A stretch of DNA of 63,381 nt, filler included, from Asterionella formosa (Eukaryota), in the NCBI GenBank assembly GCA_002256025.1. It is 7 parts of 7 records of this genome, joined end to end, with 100 filler letters (N's around TTAATTAATTAA, not from the genome) between each part and the next. Parts side by side here need not be neighbours in the genome. Positions count along the whole stretch, not along the records: positions 61,719 to 63,381 come from NKIB01001579.1; 6 more parts are not named here. One strand, written 5' to 3'. Made by a program: the position numbers and the translations under genes. This document shows positions 61,719 to 63,381 of the stretch, in pieces. The notes under the pieces are model-generated. The model was not told the DNA's origin. It saw only the letters and a list, made by a program, of their open reading frames with translations, and did no database searches. Positions within the stretch are counted from its first letter, which is position 1. Each line of letters begins with the position of its first letter.

Positions 61719-63244
61719 GACCAGTTGAGCGCGTCGTTTAGGCCGAGAGCCGCCGCAGCACGGCGTGCACGACGTTCCAGCTTCTGGAGCGGCGTCGCGG
61801 TGGGCTTGGCAACGCCATCGGCGCGCGGCAACGGGGTGGAAGGCACATTGTCGAGCCCGACCATGCGGACGACTTCCTCGACCAGATCGGCCGGGCCGTC
61901 GATATCGCGCCGCCAGCTGGGCACCGTGACCGATGGGCCATCGACCTTGAATCCGAGTGAGGTCAGAATCTCCGCCTGCTTGTCCGCAGCAACGTCAATA
62001 CCGCCCAGACGCGCACATAGGGCGGTGTCATAAGTGACGGTCTTCGCCGCCCGTGGCGGTTCTCCCGCGCGGACGATGTCGGACGCTTCACCGCCACAGA
62101 TGTCTAGGATCACCTGCGTGATGATCGCAACGGCATCGTCGAGGAAGGCCGGGTCGACGCCGCGTTCAAAGCGGGTGCGCGCGTCGGAGGTGAGGGCCAG
62201 TGCCTGACCGTTCTTGGCGATCCGCTCGGGCGTGAAATAGGCGACTTCGAGCAGGACGTCAGTCGTGTCATCCGCGCAGCCTGAATGCTCGCCACCCATG
62301 ATGCCGGCAATGTCGTGCACGCCTGCATCGTCGGCAATGACGGTCATATTGGCTGTCAGTGTGAAGTCCTTGCCGTTGAGCGCAGTGACGGTTTCCCCAT
62401 CCTTGGCACGACGGGCAACGACGGCACCGGTCAACTTTGCAAGATCATAAGCGTGGCTCGGGCGGCCATGGTCCAGCATGACATAGTTGGTGATGTCGAC
62501 CAGCGCAGAGATCGGGCGTTGCCCTGCGGCCTTCAGGCGCGCCTGCATCCAGTCCGGCGAGGCGCCGTTCGTCACGCCCTTGATGACGCGACCGTAAAAG
62601 GCGGGGCAGCCTTCGGGATCATCGGTGCGGATTTCGGTCGGGCAAGGGAAGCTGCCTGCGACGCTGGGCACGGAAAGCGGCTTAAGCGTGCCAAGGCCAG
62701 CCGCCGCCAGATCGCGCGCAATGCCGCGCACGCCCATGCAGTCCTGCCGGTTGGGCGTGATGGCGACGTCAATCACGGCATCGTCGAGTTTTGCGTAATC
62801 CGCAAAGGCGGTGCCGACGGGCGCATCGGCGGGCAATTCGATGATGCCGTCATGGTCATCACCGAGTTCCAGCTCCCGCGTCGAACACATCATGCCGTTC
62901 GATTCAACGCCACGGATGGCGGCCTTGCGCAGCACCATGCCGTTGGCGGGCACAACCGCGCCTTCGATGCCGAATACGCCGACCAGACCTGCCCGCGCAT
63001 TGGGGGCGCCGCAGACGACCTGCAGTGGGCCATTGCCGGCATCGACCGTCAGCACCTGAAGCTTGTCTGCCTGCGGGTGGCGGTCCGCCGTAAGAACCTT
63101 GGCGACGGTGAAGCCCTTGAGGCGTTCTGCCGGGTTTTCGATGCCTTCGACCTCAAGGCCGATGCGGTTAAGCACATCGGCGACGTCTTGAATGGTAGCT
63201 TCCGTATCGAGATGGGCCTTCAGCCAGCTGAGGGAGAACTTCAT
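61719..63244 (-). CDS. pheT: Phenylalanyl-tRNA synthetase beta subunit (3'-truncated), alphaproteobacterial
   Basis: [62 protein letters not shown] and VPSWRRDI...DLVEEV. High GC, no introns. Confidence 0.97.
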
Positions 63245-63381
63245 GCGCCGACTCCTCCGCTGAGCGTGGGCACCTCGAGGGCCGCAAATCCATAGTGCTT
63301 GAGCCAGCGCAGATCACCGTCGAAGAAGGCGCGCAAATCATCCATCCCGTATTTGAGCATGGTGAGCCGGTCGACGCCGGT
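63241..63381 (-). CDS. pheS: Phenylalanyl-tRNA synthetase alpha subunit, 3' end
   Basis: [32 protein letters not shown]. Its stop overlaps the pheT start (ATGA at 63244-63241). Confidence 0.95.
   Translation of the reverse strand, partial: TGVDRLTMLKYGMDDLRAFFDGDLRWLKHYGFAALEVPTLSGGVGA

Noticed and set aside
62285..63295. 336-aa plus-strand ORF
   Set aside because: Antisense shadow of GC-rich pheT.
61719..63381. Horizontal transfer of pheST into the host
   Set aside because: No host-bacterial junction; fully bacterial composition and operon structure.

Overview
This window is not one locus. It is seven contigs joined by 100-bp N/TTAATTAATTAA/N spacers (27253, 27213, 1660, 1664, 1664, 1664 and 1663 bp). 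Six are AT-rich eukaryotic DNA that looks like a diatom nuclear genome, based on an ASAFAP-type plastid-targeting peptide, short GT-AG introns, an IDH with an EF-hand and a Copia pol fragment. The last contig is GC-rich alphaproteobacterial pheS-pheT DNA. Host genes: a WW-domain protein, a plastid DUF3067 protein, an N-acylation-motif hypothetical protein, a divergent actin-related protein, a mitochondrial type II IDH with EF-hand, a mucin-like membrane protein and a sulfotransferase-like protein. Between them lies dense transposon debris: solo LTRs, PIF/Harbinger, an IS630-Tc1-mariner element with its MITE, MULE, Copia, a tyrosine-recombinase element, MITEs and foldbacks. Most striking: (1) recurrent palindromic micro-insertions TA-CC(n)GG-TA, seen as insertions in three paralog comparisons, which pile up into arrays upstream of genes; (2) a tyrosine recombinase gene split by a precise inversion between 5-bp inverted microhomologies, next to telomere-like repeats; (3) an isolated PGRL1 exon embedded in repeat DNA; (4) a tRNA-headed, highly structured SINE-like unit. 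All family assignments come from motif recognition by eye; no searches were run.
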